Source: Longimicrobiales bacterium
GTDB taxonomy: Bacteria > Gemmatimonadota > Gemmatimonadetes > Longimicrobiales > Gaopeijiaceae
Reading direction: 5' to 3'
Length of the DNA: 64,000 bases
Assembly: GCA_965197725.1 (NCBI GenBank)
Contig: CBDANQ010000061.1
Span: forward strand, 32,001 to 96,000
Shown: one piece after another, positions 20,155 through 29,465 of the stretch
Position numbering within the stretch: the stretch's first letter is position 1
Layout of the letters: every line of letters begins with the position of its first letter
Position numbers and translations under genes: made by a program
The notes under the pieces: model-generated
The model's input: only the letters and a program-made list of their open reading frames with translations
Database searches by the model: none
Told to the model about the DNA's origin: nothing

Positions 20155-20399
20155 AAGAGCCGTAGTGGGTCAGTTTGACCCACTTCCGAAAAGGGCCGCC
20201 TACCTTGGTCGCTGGCGCCCGCGCATTAGCTTTCAATCCGATTGTGAGGTGACGTGCCATGAAGATGTGCCCCGTCCGCCGCGTAGAGGCAGTCGTGAAC
20301 AGAGTCCGGTCCGGTCTCACGACTCGAAACCACCCGCTCGCGGGCGGCGTACGGGACTCTAGATCGACTCCACTGACGGACATAGGGGGGATTGTGAGG

Positions 20400-21893
20400 A
20401 TGAGGAACCGGGCGGGGGCGATCGGTCTCATCGCCGCGGTGGCCGCGCTACCTCTAGCGGCCCAGGAAGCGGTCCCGAAGAGCCTTTCTTTGGCGGACGC
20501 GCTCGAGATCGCACGTGGCAACAACCCGAGTTTCCTGCAGGCTCGTAACGACGAAGCGCTCGCTGATTGGGACGTGCGTGAAGCGTACGGGGCGCTGCTG
20601 CCGACGGCGTTCGCGGGCTCGGGCGTCTCCTGGCAAGGGGCCGGCGAGCAGCGGTTCGGAAGCCTGACGCTCGGGGACCTGGGCTTCGGCGGCCAGCCGT
20701 CGTACTACTTCTCGAACTACAACCTCAGCCTGAACTTCTCGCTCGACTGGGCTAAGCTGAAGGCGCCGTCACAGGCGCGGGCCCAGCGCGGAGCCACCGT
20801 CGCCCAGATCAGGGTTGCGGAGGCGAATCTCACCTCGCAGATGACCAACGCCTATGTCGACTTGCTTCGACAGCAGGAGGGCCTGCGGCTCGCCGAACAA
20901 CAGCTCGAGAGCAGCCGATTCAATCTGCGGCTGGCGCAGGGCCAACTGGAAGTAGGTCAGGTGACCCCGATCGATGTCGGTCAGGCGGAGGTTCAGGTCG
21001 GACGCTCGGAGGTCGTAGAACTTCAGGCGCGCAACCTGCTCTCCACAGCCCGCATCAGAGTCCTCCAGCGGCTCGGTCTGCCCGTGAGCCAGGACTTCGA
21101 GCTGTCGACGGTGTTCGAACTCTCCGAGCCGTCGTGGACGCTCGAGCAACTCACCGACATGGCCCTGAGGCTGAACCCCACGCTCGAAGCTAGGCGGCGC
21201 TCGAAGGAATCTGCCGACATCGGGGTCAGCTCGGCGCGTTCGGCGTACCTACCTTCCCTGTCGATCTCAACGGGATGGAGCGGATTCACGCGCCAAGCGA
21301 GCTCGACGGACTTCCAGGTCGCTCAGTCCGAGGCTCAGATAGCTAGATCCGTCGCTCAGTGTGTCCAGGCGAACAACCTGTACTCGCGGCTCGCCGACCC
21401 GCTGCCCTCCCTCGATTGCTCGCGCTTCGTGTTCACGGACGCCCAGCGGCGGTCCATCACCGACCAGAACAGCGCGTTTCCGTTCAAATTCGAGCGCTCT
21501 CCACCGAGTGTGTCGCTGGGCCTGAGCATTCCGATCTTCCAGGGCCTGAGCCGCCACAGGAACCTCGAGGCAGCCCGACTTCAGAGAGACGATCTGGGGT
21601 ATCAGGTCCGCGAGCAGGAATTGGCGCTCGATGCCGACATCTCCATAGGGCTTGCGAACGTGCGCACAGCGTATCAGAGCGCCTTGCTGGAAGAACGAAA
21701 CCGGGCGCTCGCGGAGCAGCAGTTGAGCCTCGCGCGGGAACGCTACCGGTTGAGCGCGATCACGTTCATCGAGCTCGTCGACGCGCAGACCGTATTCACA
21801 CAAGCGGACCGAGACCGAGTCATCGCGGTTTTCGCCTATCACGACACCGTGACCCGTCTGGAGGCGCTCGTGGGCTCCTCTCTCAGAAACTAG
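20400..21893 (+). CDS. TolC-family outer membrane efflux protein
   Basis: LSLADALEIA..NNP, SAYLPSLS, LSIPIFQG, ARERYR; first gene of efflux operon. Confidence 0.88.
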   Translation: MRNRAGAIGLIAAVAALPLAAQEAVPKSLSLADALEIARGNNPSFLQARNDEALADWDVREAYGALLPTAFAGSGVSWQGAGEQRFGSLTLGDLGFGGQPSYYFSNYNLSLNFSLDWAKLKAPSQARAQRGATVAQIRVAEANLTSQMTNAYVDLLRQQEGLRLAEQQLESSRFNLRLAQGQLEVGQVTPIDVGQAEVQVGRSEVVELQARNLLSTARIRVLQRLGLPVSQDFELSTVFELSEPSWTLEQLTDMALRLNPTLEARRRSKESADIGVSSARSAYLPSLSISTGWSGFTRQASSTDFQVAQSEAQIARSVAQCVQANNLYSRLADPLPSLDCSRFVFTDAQRRSITDQNSAFPFKFERSPPSVSLGLSIPIFQGLSRHRNLEAARLQRDDLGYQVREQELALDADISIGLANVRTAYQSALLEERNRALAEQQLSLARERYRLSAITFIELVDAQTVFTQADRDRVIAVFAYHDTVTRLEALVGSSLRN

Positions 21894-21898
21894 AGGCC

Positions 21899-23140
21899 AT
21901 GAATCGCAAGACGAAAATCATCGTCGGTGTCCTAGTCATTCTCGTGCTCGGCACCGCCGCCGCGATCCAGGCGAACCGAGGGCGCACGAGAGGCATAGAG
22001 GTGCGGACCGAGGAAATCGAGCTCAGAGACCTCGTCGAGGTCGTGACCGCGAGTGGGAACATCCGCGCGCGGCGCACGGTCGACGTCAGCTCAGACGTCT
22101 CCGCGAAAGTCGTGGAACTCCTGATCGACGAAGGCGAGGACGTCGTGCGGGGGCAGCTCCTTCTCCGGCTCGAGCCCGATCAGTACCAGGCTGCGGTCTC
22201 TCGTAACGAAGCTTCTCTGGCCCAGGCCGAGGCACAGCAGACACAGCAGGAGGCCAACCTCTTGCAGGCCCAGCGCGACCTCGATCGCTTGCTCAATCTC
22301 AGGGCTCGCGACTCCGTGCTCGTCAGTGGGCTGCAGGTCGACGACGCACGTACGCGCGTCGACGTCGCCCTGGCGACGCTCTCCTCCTCACAACACGGCG
22401 TCGCGCAATGGCGCGCATCGGTCGACGAGGCCGAGGAGCAGCTCTCCAAGACGATCTTCCGAGCCCCCATGGACGGCAAAGTCACGCGCCTGAACGTCGA
22501 GGAAGGCGAGACCGTCATCATCGGGACGATGAACAACCCCGGGAGCCTCGTGCTCACGATCTCCGACCTCTCGGTCATCGAGGTGGTTGTGCAGGTCGAT
22601 GAGACCGATGTTCCGGCGATCTCCGTCGGTGACAGCGCCACGATCCGCATCGACGCCTTCGGTGACGCCGAGTTCACAGGGCGCGTCACCGAGATCGGCA
22701 ACTCGGCAATCAACCCTCCAGCTCGGCAGGCCGCCGGCCAGCAGGCTGCGATCGACTTCGAGGTCGTGCTCACGCTCGACCTGAACGAGGCACCTCTTAG
22801 GCCTGATCTTTCGGCCACCGCCGACATCGTCACGGAATCGCGCTGGAACGCGCTCGCCGTGCCGATCATCGCCCTGACGGTGCGAGAGGAGGAACGTGAT
22901 TCGACCGAAGCCGACTTCTCCGAGGACGACGAGGTCGACGACCTCGAGGGAGTCTTCATCGTGAGCGATCGGACGGTGACATTCACCCCCGTCGAGGTCG
23001 GCATCGCGGGTGAGGAGTACTTCGAGATTCTCTCCGGCATCAGCGTTGGGGACACAGTCGTAGCGGGACCGTACCAGAGGATCCGACGACTCAGCGACGG
23101 TGATGCGGTGCGTAGCAGCGACGGACCGGTCATCAATTGA
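21899..23140 (+). CDS. Efflux periplasmic adaptor (MacA/HlyD-like MFP)
   Basis: VTASGNI, APMDGKVTRLNVEEGE, VDETD, LRPDLSATADI. Confidence 0.9.
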   Translation: MNRKTKIIVGVLVILVLGTAAAIQANRGRTRGIEVRTEEIELRDLVEVVTASGNIRARRTVDVSSDVSAKVVELLIDEGEDVVRGQLLLRLEPDQYQAAVSRNEASLAQAEAQQTQQEANLLQAQRDLDRLLNLRARDSVLVSGLQVDDARTRVDVALATLSSSQHGVAQWRASVDEAEEQLSKTIFRAPMDGKVTRLNVEEGETVIIGTMNNPGSLVLTISDLSVIEVVVQVDETDVPAISVGDSATIRIDAFGDAEFTGRVTEIGNSAINPPARQAAGQQAAIDFEVVLTLDLNEAPLRPDLSATADIVTESRWNALAVPIIALTVREEERDSTEADFSEDDEVDDLEGVFIVSDRTVTFTPVEVGIAGEEYFEILSGISVGDTVVAGPYQRIRRLSDGDAVRSSDGPVIN

Positions 23141-23176
23141 CGGACAGACACTAAGGCACCCGAAGAGAGGCGGACC

Positions 23177-24418
23177 GTGCAGATCTGGGAGGGTGTCACG
23201 CTCGCGATGAACCAGCTGTGCACCGAGAAGCTGAAGACGTTCTTCAGCCTGCTCGGGGTGATCATGGGCGTCATGTTCCTCATCGTCGTCGTGACGGTCG
23301 TGGAGGGCCTCGACCGGTACGTTCGCGAGGAGATCACGTCTCAGGTCTTCGGCATCAACACCGTCACGGTCCGGCGCTGGCCCGAGTCCGACGTAAACTC
23401 CAACGAGGAGGTTTGGAGGGAGCGCCTGAGAAGCCCGCGGCTCCGATACTCGGACGCGGACGCCATCCGCGCGCAACTCACGATTCCGGCACGCATCGCG
23501 GTAGAGAGCAGCAGGAGTACCGACGCCATCGGCGACAACGGTCGCACGGCGACCGGGGTCCGAGTCACCGGTGCCTCCCCCGAGGTGTTTCCCGTCCGCA
23601 ACCTAACAATCGCGCGAGGCCGGGCCTTCACCCAGCAGGAGGCCGGCCGTGGAATCCCTGTCCTGGTGCTCGGCAAGGAGACCGCCGAGGTCGTGTTCGA
23701 GGACCTTGACCCCATCGGGCGAACCGTACGACTGCGCGGCTTCCCCTATCGCGTCATCGGAGTGCTGGAGGAGCGCGGCTCCATTTTCGGCCAGTCGCTC
23801 GACAACTTCGCGATGGCTCCAGCGCGATCGCCGATTCAGTCGATCACGAACCCCCGGGGAGTCATTGACGAAGTTATCATCCAGGCGCTCGACCCCGACC
23901 GGGTCCGGGAGATCCAGCTCGAGGTGGAGGGGATCATGCGGTCGCGCCGACAATTGAGGCCGCATCAGGCGAACAACTTCGGGGCGGAGACCGCCGAAGA
24001 CGCGATCAGTTTCTGGGACAACATCTCGCGCATCCTCTTCACCACTCTGCCAGGCCTGGTGGCGATCTCGCTGGTGGTGGGAGGGATCGTGATCATGAAC
24101 ATCATGCTGGTCTCGGTCATGGAGCGAACCCGCGAGATCGGAGTGCGCAAGGCACTCGGAGCTCGGCGGCGCGACATCTTGGTGCAGGTGCTCGTCGAAG
24201 CGGTAACCCTGTCCACCGTGGGTGCGATGTTCGGCGTTGCCGCGGGACTCGGGATCGCGACCCTCCTCGCCGCCATGTCTCCGCTCCCGGCCGCCGTGAG
24301 CGCGAAATGGATCATCGTGGGGGTGGGCCTCGGCATGTCGGTGGGCATCACGGCGGGCGTGTATCCGGCCACACAGGCATCGAAACTCAGCCCCGTCGAC
24401 GCGCTCCGTTATGAGTGA
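23177..24418 (+). CDS. ABC transporter permease (MacB/FtsX-like)
   Basis: VGGIVIMNIMLVSVMERTREIGVRKALGA; PVDALRYE. Confidence 0.92.
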   Translation: MQIWEGVTLAMNQLCTEKLKTFFSLLGVIMGVMFLIVVVTVVEGLDRYVREEITSQVFGINTVTVRRWPESDVNSNEEVWRERLRSPRLRYSDADAIRAQLTIPARIAVESSRSTDAIGDNGRTATGVRVTGASPEVFPVRNLTIARGRAFTQQEAGRGIPVLVLGKETAEVVFEDLDPIGRTVRLRGFPYRVIGVLEERGSIFGQSLDNFAMAPARSPIQSITNPRGVIDEVIIQALDPDRVREIQLEVEGIMRSRRQLRPHQANNFGAETAEDAISFWDNISRILFTTLPGLVAISLVVGGIVIMNIMLVSVMERTREIGVRKALGARRRDILVQVLVEAVTLSTVGAMFGVAAGLGIATLLAAMSPLPAAVSAKWIIVGVGLGMSVGITAGVYPATQASKLSPVDALRYE

Positions 24419-25700
24419 AAAGCCGGCGCTCCCGGGCACCTCCGGTCTGACTTCCCTTAACGAGGGCCTGCTGATCGCGTTCGGCGCGATGCGCGCCAAC
24501 GCTATCCGCTCGGGTCTCACGATCCTGGGAGTGGCCGTCGGCGTTTCGGTCGTGGTGGCGCTCGCGGCGCTCATCACGGGCATCCGCACGAGCGTCATGG
24601 AAGCGTTCGAGGCGGGCGGGCCCAACAACTTCGTCGTGATGCGCTTCGACTTCACCGCCGTGCGCCTTTCGGACGCCGGCAACCACCGCCCCCCCTGGTG
24701 GAACAAGCCCGAGCTGCTGCCGGCCGAGGCCGAACGCCTCAACCGCTTGCCGACCGTCGAGGCGGCGATGTTCACTTTCCCGTTCTCCATCGATATGGAC
24801 TTCGACGGGCACACGGTCCGCAGTATTCAGACGAGCGGGTACTCGGCTGGATGGCCGGCCTATACCCCCGGGGACTTTGTCGCCGGCCGTGACTTCACGC
24901 CGGCCGAGGTCGACCAGAACCGTGCCGTCGCGGTGATTTCAGGGGAGCTAGCGACCGAACTCTTCGGTGAACGAGACCCGATCGGGCGACGGGTGCGCAT
25001 GCTCAACCGCTGGCGCGGGACTCAGGAGCCGTTCAGGGTGGTCGGCGTGTTCACACCTGCGGAAAACATCTTCTCGGGTGCGTTCAGGCATTTTGCGATC
25101 GTACCGCATACGGCAGCGAGGCGGCGGCTACGTCAAAGCCCCGAGATGGCCCAGATCGTAGTCGTGCCGAAGGACTCCGTGACGTTCGAGCGCGCCCAGG
25201 ACGACGTCATCGCCGCGATGCGCGGGATGCGCGGCCTGGGTCCGCGTGAGGAGAACGACTTCGCGACGATCGCGTCGGCTCAGATCCTGGATCTCTTCAA
25301 TCAGCTCACCGCCGTCTTCTTCCTAGTGATGATGGCGCTCTCCTCGACCGGTGTCCTCGTGGGCGGCATAGGAGTCATCGGCATCATGCTCATCAGCGTT
25401 ACGGAGCGCACCCGAGAGATCGGAATTCGGAAGGCCGTGGGCGCCACTCGCAGAGAGATCTTGTGGCAGTTCCTCGTGGAAGCCTCCGCGATGACCGCGC
25501 TGGGGGCACTCCTGGGCATGCTCATGGGATGGGGCCTGGCGTCCGCGGTGGCCGCGTGGACTCCTCTGCCCGCCAGAATCCCCGTCTGGGCCATCTTTAC
25601 CGCGCTCGCGATGGCCTCTTTGACGGGTATGCTGTTCGGGCTGCATCCCGCGCTACGGGCAAGCCGCATGGACCCGGTGGAAGCTCTGAGGTTCGAGTGA
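24411..25700 (+). CDS. ABC transporter permease (MacB/FtsX-like)
   Basis: VGGIGVIGIMLISVTERTREIGIRKAVGA; DPVEALRFE. Confidence 0.92.
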   Translation: MSEKPALPGTSGLTSLNEGLLIAFGAMRANAIRSGLTILGVAVGVSVVVALAALITGIRTSVMEAFEAGGPNNFVVMRFDFTAVRLSDAGNHRPPWWNKPELLPAEAERLNRLPTVEAAMFTFPFSIDMDFDGHTVRSIQTSGYSAGWPAYTPGDFVAGRDFTPAEVDQNRAVAVISGELATELFGERDPIGRRVRMLNRWRGTQEPFRVVGVFTPAENIFSGAFRHFAIVPHTAARRRLRQSPEMAQIVVVPKDSVTFERAQDDVIAAMRGMRGLGPREENDFATIASAQILDLFNQLTAVFFLVMMALSSTGVLVGGIGVIGIMLISVTERTREIGIRKAVGATRREILWQFLVEASAMTALGALLGMLMGWGLASAVAAWTPLPARIPVWAIFTALAMASLTGMLFGLHPALRASRMDPVEALRFE

Positions 25701-25713
25701 AGGTGGCGGCTCG

Positions 25714-25737
25714 CCCCCCTTTCCGATCACCCTTCTA
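25714..25737 (-). repeat. Solo terminal-repeat copy abutting the bshB1 ATG
   Basis: CCCCCCTTTCCGATCACCCTTCTA, reverse complement of the 26892 repeat. Confidence 0.8.
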
Positions 25738-26463
25738 ATGGGCAGGGAGCTTGACCTCCTGGTCATCATGGCCCACCCCGACGATGCGGAACTCCTCTGC
25801 GGGGGCGCCCTCATCAAGAGCACCGCCGCCGGAAATCGAGTCGGCGTTCTCGACCTCACGGATGGCGAGATGGGCAGCTCCGGATCGATCGAGCAGCGCG
25901 CCCGGGAGGCCGCTCGAGCAGCCGAGATCATGGGGCTCACGGAACGACGGAACGCGGGACTTCCCGATGCGGCGCTCAAGAACGACAACGAGTCCCGCCT
26001 CATCGTCGCGGAGCATCTCAGGGCACTCCGGCCGAGGGTCGTCGTCACACATTGGAAGGTCGGCCGCCACCGGGACCACCGGATCGCGAGCGAGCTCGTG
26101 CGGGATGCTTGCTTCTTGAGCGCACTCAAGAAGCTCGACGTCCCGGGTGAGCCGTTTCGTCCCACGAAGCTCATCCACGCGACCGCGTTCCGCGAAGACG
26201 CCGGCCCCCCCGACTTCGTCGTTGACATCAGCGAACACATCGATGCGAAGCTCGAGGCGATCAACGCCTATGAGTCTCAGTTCGAAGGCGTCAGCCAGGC
26301 GGGCGAGGCGTTCCCCGGCGGTGACCGACCGCTGGTCGATCAGATCCGTGCCCAACTCGCGCACTACGGGTCCCTGATTCGGGTCCCGTACGGCGAGCCC
26401 TTTCGCGTCGACGAGGCACTCGAGGTCGGCGACCTCGCCGAGCTAGGAGTGTCGACGTTCTGA
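25738..26463 (+). CDS. bshB1: Bacillithiol biosynthesis deacetylase (PIG-L family)
   Basis: AHPDDAEL.CGG, LDLTDGEMG, HRDH, F.VDISEH, G.LI.VPYGEPF. Confidence 0.82.
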   Translation: MGRELDLLVIMAHPDDAELLCGGALIKSTAAGNRVGVLDLTDGEMGSSGSIEQRAREAARAAEIMGLTERRNAGLPDAALKNDNESRLIVAEHLRALRPRVVVTHWKVGRHRDHRIASELVRDACFLSALKKLDVPGEPFRPTKLIHATAFREDAGPPDFVVDISEHIDAKLEAINAYESQFEGVSQAGEAFPGGDRPLVDQIRAQLAHYGSLIRVPYGEPFRVDEALEVGDLAELGVSTF

Positions 26464-26806
26464 TCAGGTCGTCCGACACACGACCTCGAGTAGGACGCGC
26501 CGCCACGAGGGTACCTCAGCGCCTCTCACCCGCAGGGCCCGTGCTTCCACGACCCCACCCCCGTCGCATCCACGGCCAGAGCCATTGAGCGATTTCGGGC
26601 GGCAGGTGTCCGATTGGATCACCCGACGTGAGGTGTACCCAGACTTCGGGGTTGTCCTGCACAGGCGGGTCGGCGACCAGGTGCAGCGTATCGCCGTCAC
26701 TCACCGTATCCACGTGACGGTCTCGACCCGCGAACACCGTCCCGTGCACTGTCGACCGGAAGCGGTTGGGCGGGTCGTCGGGAAGCGGCGGTGAAGATCG
26801 CGTCAT
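26464..26806 (-). pseudogene. HIRAN-domain-like protein split by a 1-nt frameshift
   Basis: STVHGTVFAGR...L.LVADP...GDPIGHLPPEIA; C-terminus VVEARALRV...LLEVVC continues in another frame after a G5 run at 26558-26562. Confidence 0.65.
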
Positions 26807-26891
26807 TCAGTCGGGAGTCGGCGCATGGTTCGAGGGAACGCAAAAACGTCGTTAAGTTATGGCACGCGCAACTGACAGCAACTGGCGCCTT

Positions 26892-27179
26892 CTAGAAGGG
26901 TGATCGGAAGGGGGGGCCGCGCGACGCACGCCGTACGGCGTGGGTACCCCACGCTTGCGCGCGTTCAGGGAAGGAACGACGAGGAGTCGTAGCCGAGCGG
27001 GCACCGCCGCCGAAGGCGGTGGTCCGACGAGGAGAGACGATGGATCAACCGCGCGGGCACCGACGTGAAGCGTTGGTCGCCATGTGCCCAACACCAGGAT
27101 GAAATGAACAGACGTGTCTGTGGGTTGCGGTGGCACGGCCCTATCTCCTGCCCGCCCCCCCTTCCGATCACCCTTTTAG
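26892..27179. mobile_element. MITE-like non-autonomous element (~290 bp)
   Basis: Terminal inverted repeats CTAGAAGGGTGATCGGAAGGGGGGG / CCCCCCCTTCCGATCACCCTTTTAG; palindromic interior; no credible ORF. Confidence 0.75.
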
Positions 27180-27201
27180 CCCTCCTCCGCGGCTGACACG
27201 G

Positions 27202-28361
27202 ATGCACCCCGTCTACTTCGACTACGCCGCGACGACGCCGATGCGCCAGAGGTACGAGAGGCGATGGATCCCTACCTCTCCGATACGTTCGGTAACCCCT
27301 CCAGTCTGCATCGATGGGGTCGAAAGGCCTCCGCGGCGCTGGAGGAGGCGCGCGCCGTCGCCGCCAAAGCCCTCGGCTCGCAACCGGGCGAGATCTTCTT
27401 CACACGGGGCGGCACCGAGTCCGATAACCTCGCGGTCCTGGGCCGCTGCCGAGCGATCTCCCACGAGGGCGGCATGCCCACGCTGGTGATCAGCGCCGTC
27501 GAACACCACGCCGTGTACGACACCGCTCGCTGGGCAGATTCGAGGGGGGAGCTCCGGCTGGTGATCCTCCCGGTCCACCTGGACGGAACCATCGATCTAG
27601 ACCCCCTTCGCGTGGTATTGAAAGACGGACCGACTGTGGTGTCCGTCATGTGGGTGAACAACGAGATCGGCTTGTTGCTCCCGGTTCCGGAGATCGCCAC
27701 GCTGGTAGAGGAGCTCGGGGGCACGTTCCACACCGACGCGGTACAGGCGATCGGGAAGGTGCCGGTGTCGACGACCTACCCGGGTATCCGCCTCCTCACG
27801 GCGACCGCGCACAAGATCTGTGGACCGAGGGGAACCGGGCTGCTCTACGTACGAGAGGGAACAGAGATCACGCCTCTTCTCTTTGGTGGCGGCCAGGAAG
27901 GGGCACTGCGTCCGGGGACTGAGGACGTAGCGGGCGCCATCGGGTTTGCGACCGCACTCCGCCTGGCCGTTGAAGAGCAGCCCGAGGAGGCGATGCGCCT
28001 CGGGGCACTGCGGGACGCATTCGAGAACCGCGTACTAGCTCAGATCGACGACGTGCGGATCAACGCGGGCCGAGCGCGGCGGAGCCCGAGCATCTCCAGC
28101 CTGGGGATCGATGGGGCGGACGGTGGCTTGTTGCTCAACGCGCTCGACCTCGAAGGCGTCGCCACCTCCGGCGGGTCGGCGTGCGCGAGCGGCAGTAGCG
28201 CGGTAAGCCACGTGATCAGCGCGCTATTCGGTCCGGACGATACGAAGGCGACAGTGCGATTCTCGATGGGTCGACATTCGAGCGAAGCGGACGTGTCGCG
28301 AGCGGTGGCGGTGCTCGCGGAAGTTGTCGGACGGGTACGCGGGCTCGAAGAGGTGTCATGA
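27202..28361 (+). CDS. iscS: Cysteine desulfurase (IscS/NifS), with apparent frameshift near 27246
   Basis: YFDYAATTP in one frame; GNPSSLH, GGTESDN, HTDAVQA, AHKI.GP, SGGSACASG in the next; adjacent to mnmA. Confidence 0.88.
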
Positions 28362-29464
28362 GTCGCGTTCTGGTCGCGATGTCCGGCGGCGTCGATTCCT
28401 CCGTGGCCGCCGCACTCCTCGTGGACGCGGGGCACGAGGTCGTCGGCGTGACGATGAAGACGTTCTGCTACTCGGATACACCCGCCCACTCCAAGACGTG
28501 CTGTGGGCTCGACGGGATCCTGGACGCGAAGCGCGTTGCGGACGCGCTCGGGATTCCACACTACGTCTTCGACGTGGAGGAGGACTTCACTCGTGACGTG
28601 ATCGACGACTTCGTGTCCGAGTACGCCCAGGGCCGCACACCGAACCCCTGCGTGAATTGCAACAGCAACACCAAGTTCAAGGATCTCCTGGCCCGCGGGC
28701 AGGCGCTCGGTTGTGACTGGATCGCGTCGGGGCACTACGTGCGGATCGAACACGCGCCAGCGGGATCATCCTTGCGGCGAGGGCTCGATCCGGACAAGGA
28801 CCAGTCCTACTTCCTTTGGGCGATGCCTCGGTCCCTGCTTCCCACATTGCTCTTTCCGGTTGGCGAGCTGACCAAGAGCGCCGTGCGAGCCCACGCGCGC
28901 GAGCTCGCGCTCATCACGGCCGACAAGCCCGAGTCCCAAGAGATCTGTTTCGTGCCAAGCGGGAACTACCGAGATCTACTGGAAAAGCGTTTGAGCCCCG
29001 TGCATCCGGCGCTTCAGCCGGGTCCCATCGTGCGCCGGAGCGGAGAAGTCGTCGGTGAGCACAATGGATACGCGAGCTTCACCGTCGGACAGCGGAAGGG
29101 TCTGCGCGGAGGGTTCTCAGAGCCGATGTTCGTTCTGCGGATCCGCGCACCTGAGCGAGAGGTCGTAGTCGGTACTCGGGACGAACTGTTCGAGGACGTC
29201 GTCGACATCGGGGGGCTGAACTGGTTGGGGCAGCCCCCGGCCGTCGGAGAACGGGTGAACGCCCAGCTTCGTTACCGAGCTCCAGCCGTGCCGGCGATCG
29301 TCACCCGGATCGACGACTCCTTGACGCTCGAGTTAGCCGAACCGCGGATCGCGGTCACGCCAGGGCAGTCGGCGGTGCTCTTCGACGATAACGAGCGCGT
29401 ATTTGGCGGCGGAAGGATCGTAGCGGCATCGACACGAACGAAGCGTGTAGCGACGGGCTTCTAA
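28358..29464 (+). CDS. mnmA: tRNA 2-thiouridylase
   Basis: AMSGGVDSSV, TPNPCVNCN, DKDQSYFL, ESQEICF, TPGQSAV. Confidence 0.96.
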   Translation: MSRVLVAMSGGVDSSVAAALLVDAGHEVVGVTMKTFCYSDTPAHSKTCCGLDGILDAKRVADALGIPHYVFDVEEDFTRDVIDDFVSEYAQGRTPNPCVNCNSNTKFKDLLARGQALGCDWIASGHYVRIEHAPAGSSLRRGLDPDKDQSYFLWAMPRSLLPTLLFPVGELTKSAVRAHARELALITADKPESQEICFVPSGNYRDLLEKRLSPVHPALQPGPIVRRSGEVVGEHNGYASFTVGQRKGLRGGFSEPMFVLRIRAPEREVVVGTRDELFEDVVDIGGLNWLGQPPAVGERVNAQLRYRAPAVPAIVTRIDDSLTLELAEPRIAVTPGQSAVLFDDNERVFGGGRIVAASTRTKRVATGF

Positions 29465-29465
29465 G

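Noticed and set aside
21359..21898. N-terminal extension making the MFP 593 aa
   Set aside because: Overlaps tolC out of frame; the real start is ATG 21899 with a typical MNRKTK-TM anchor.
25738..26463. Bacillithiol gene outside Firmicutes
   Set aside because: bsh genes are already known in several other phyla, and a single deacetylase is not evidence of a new pathway.
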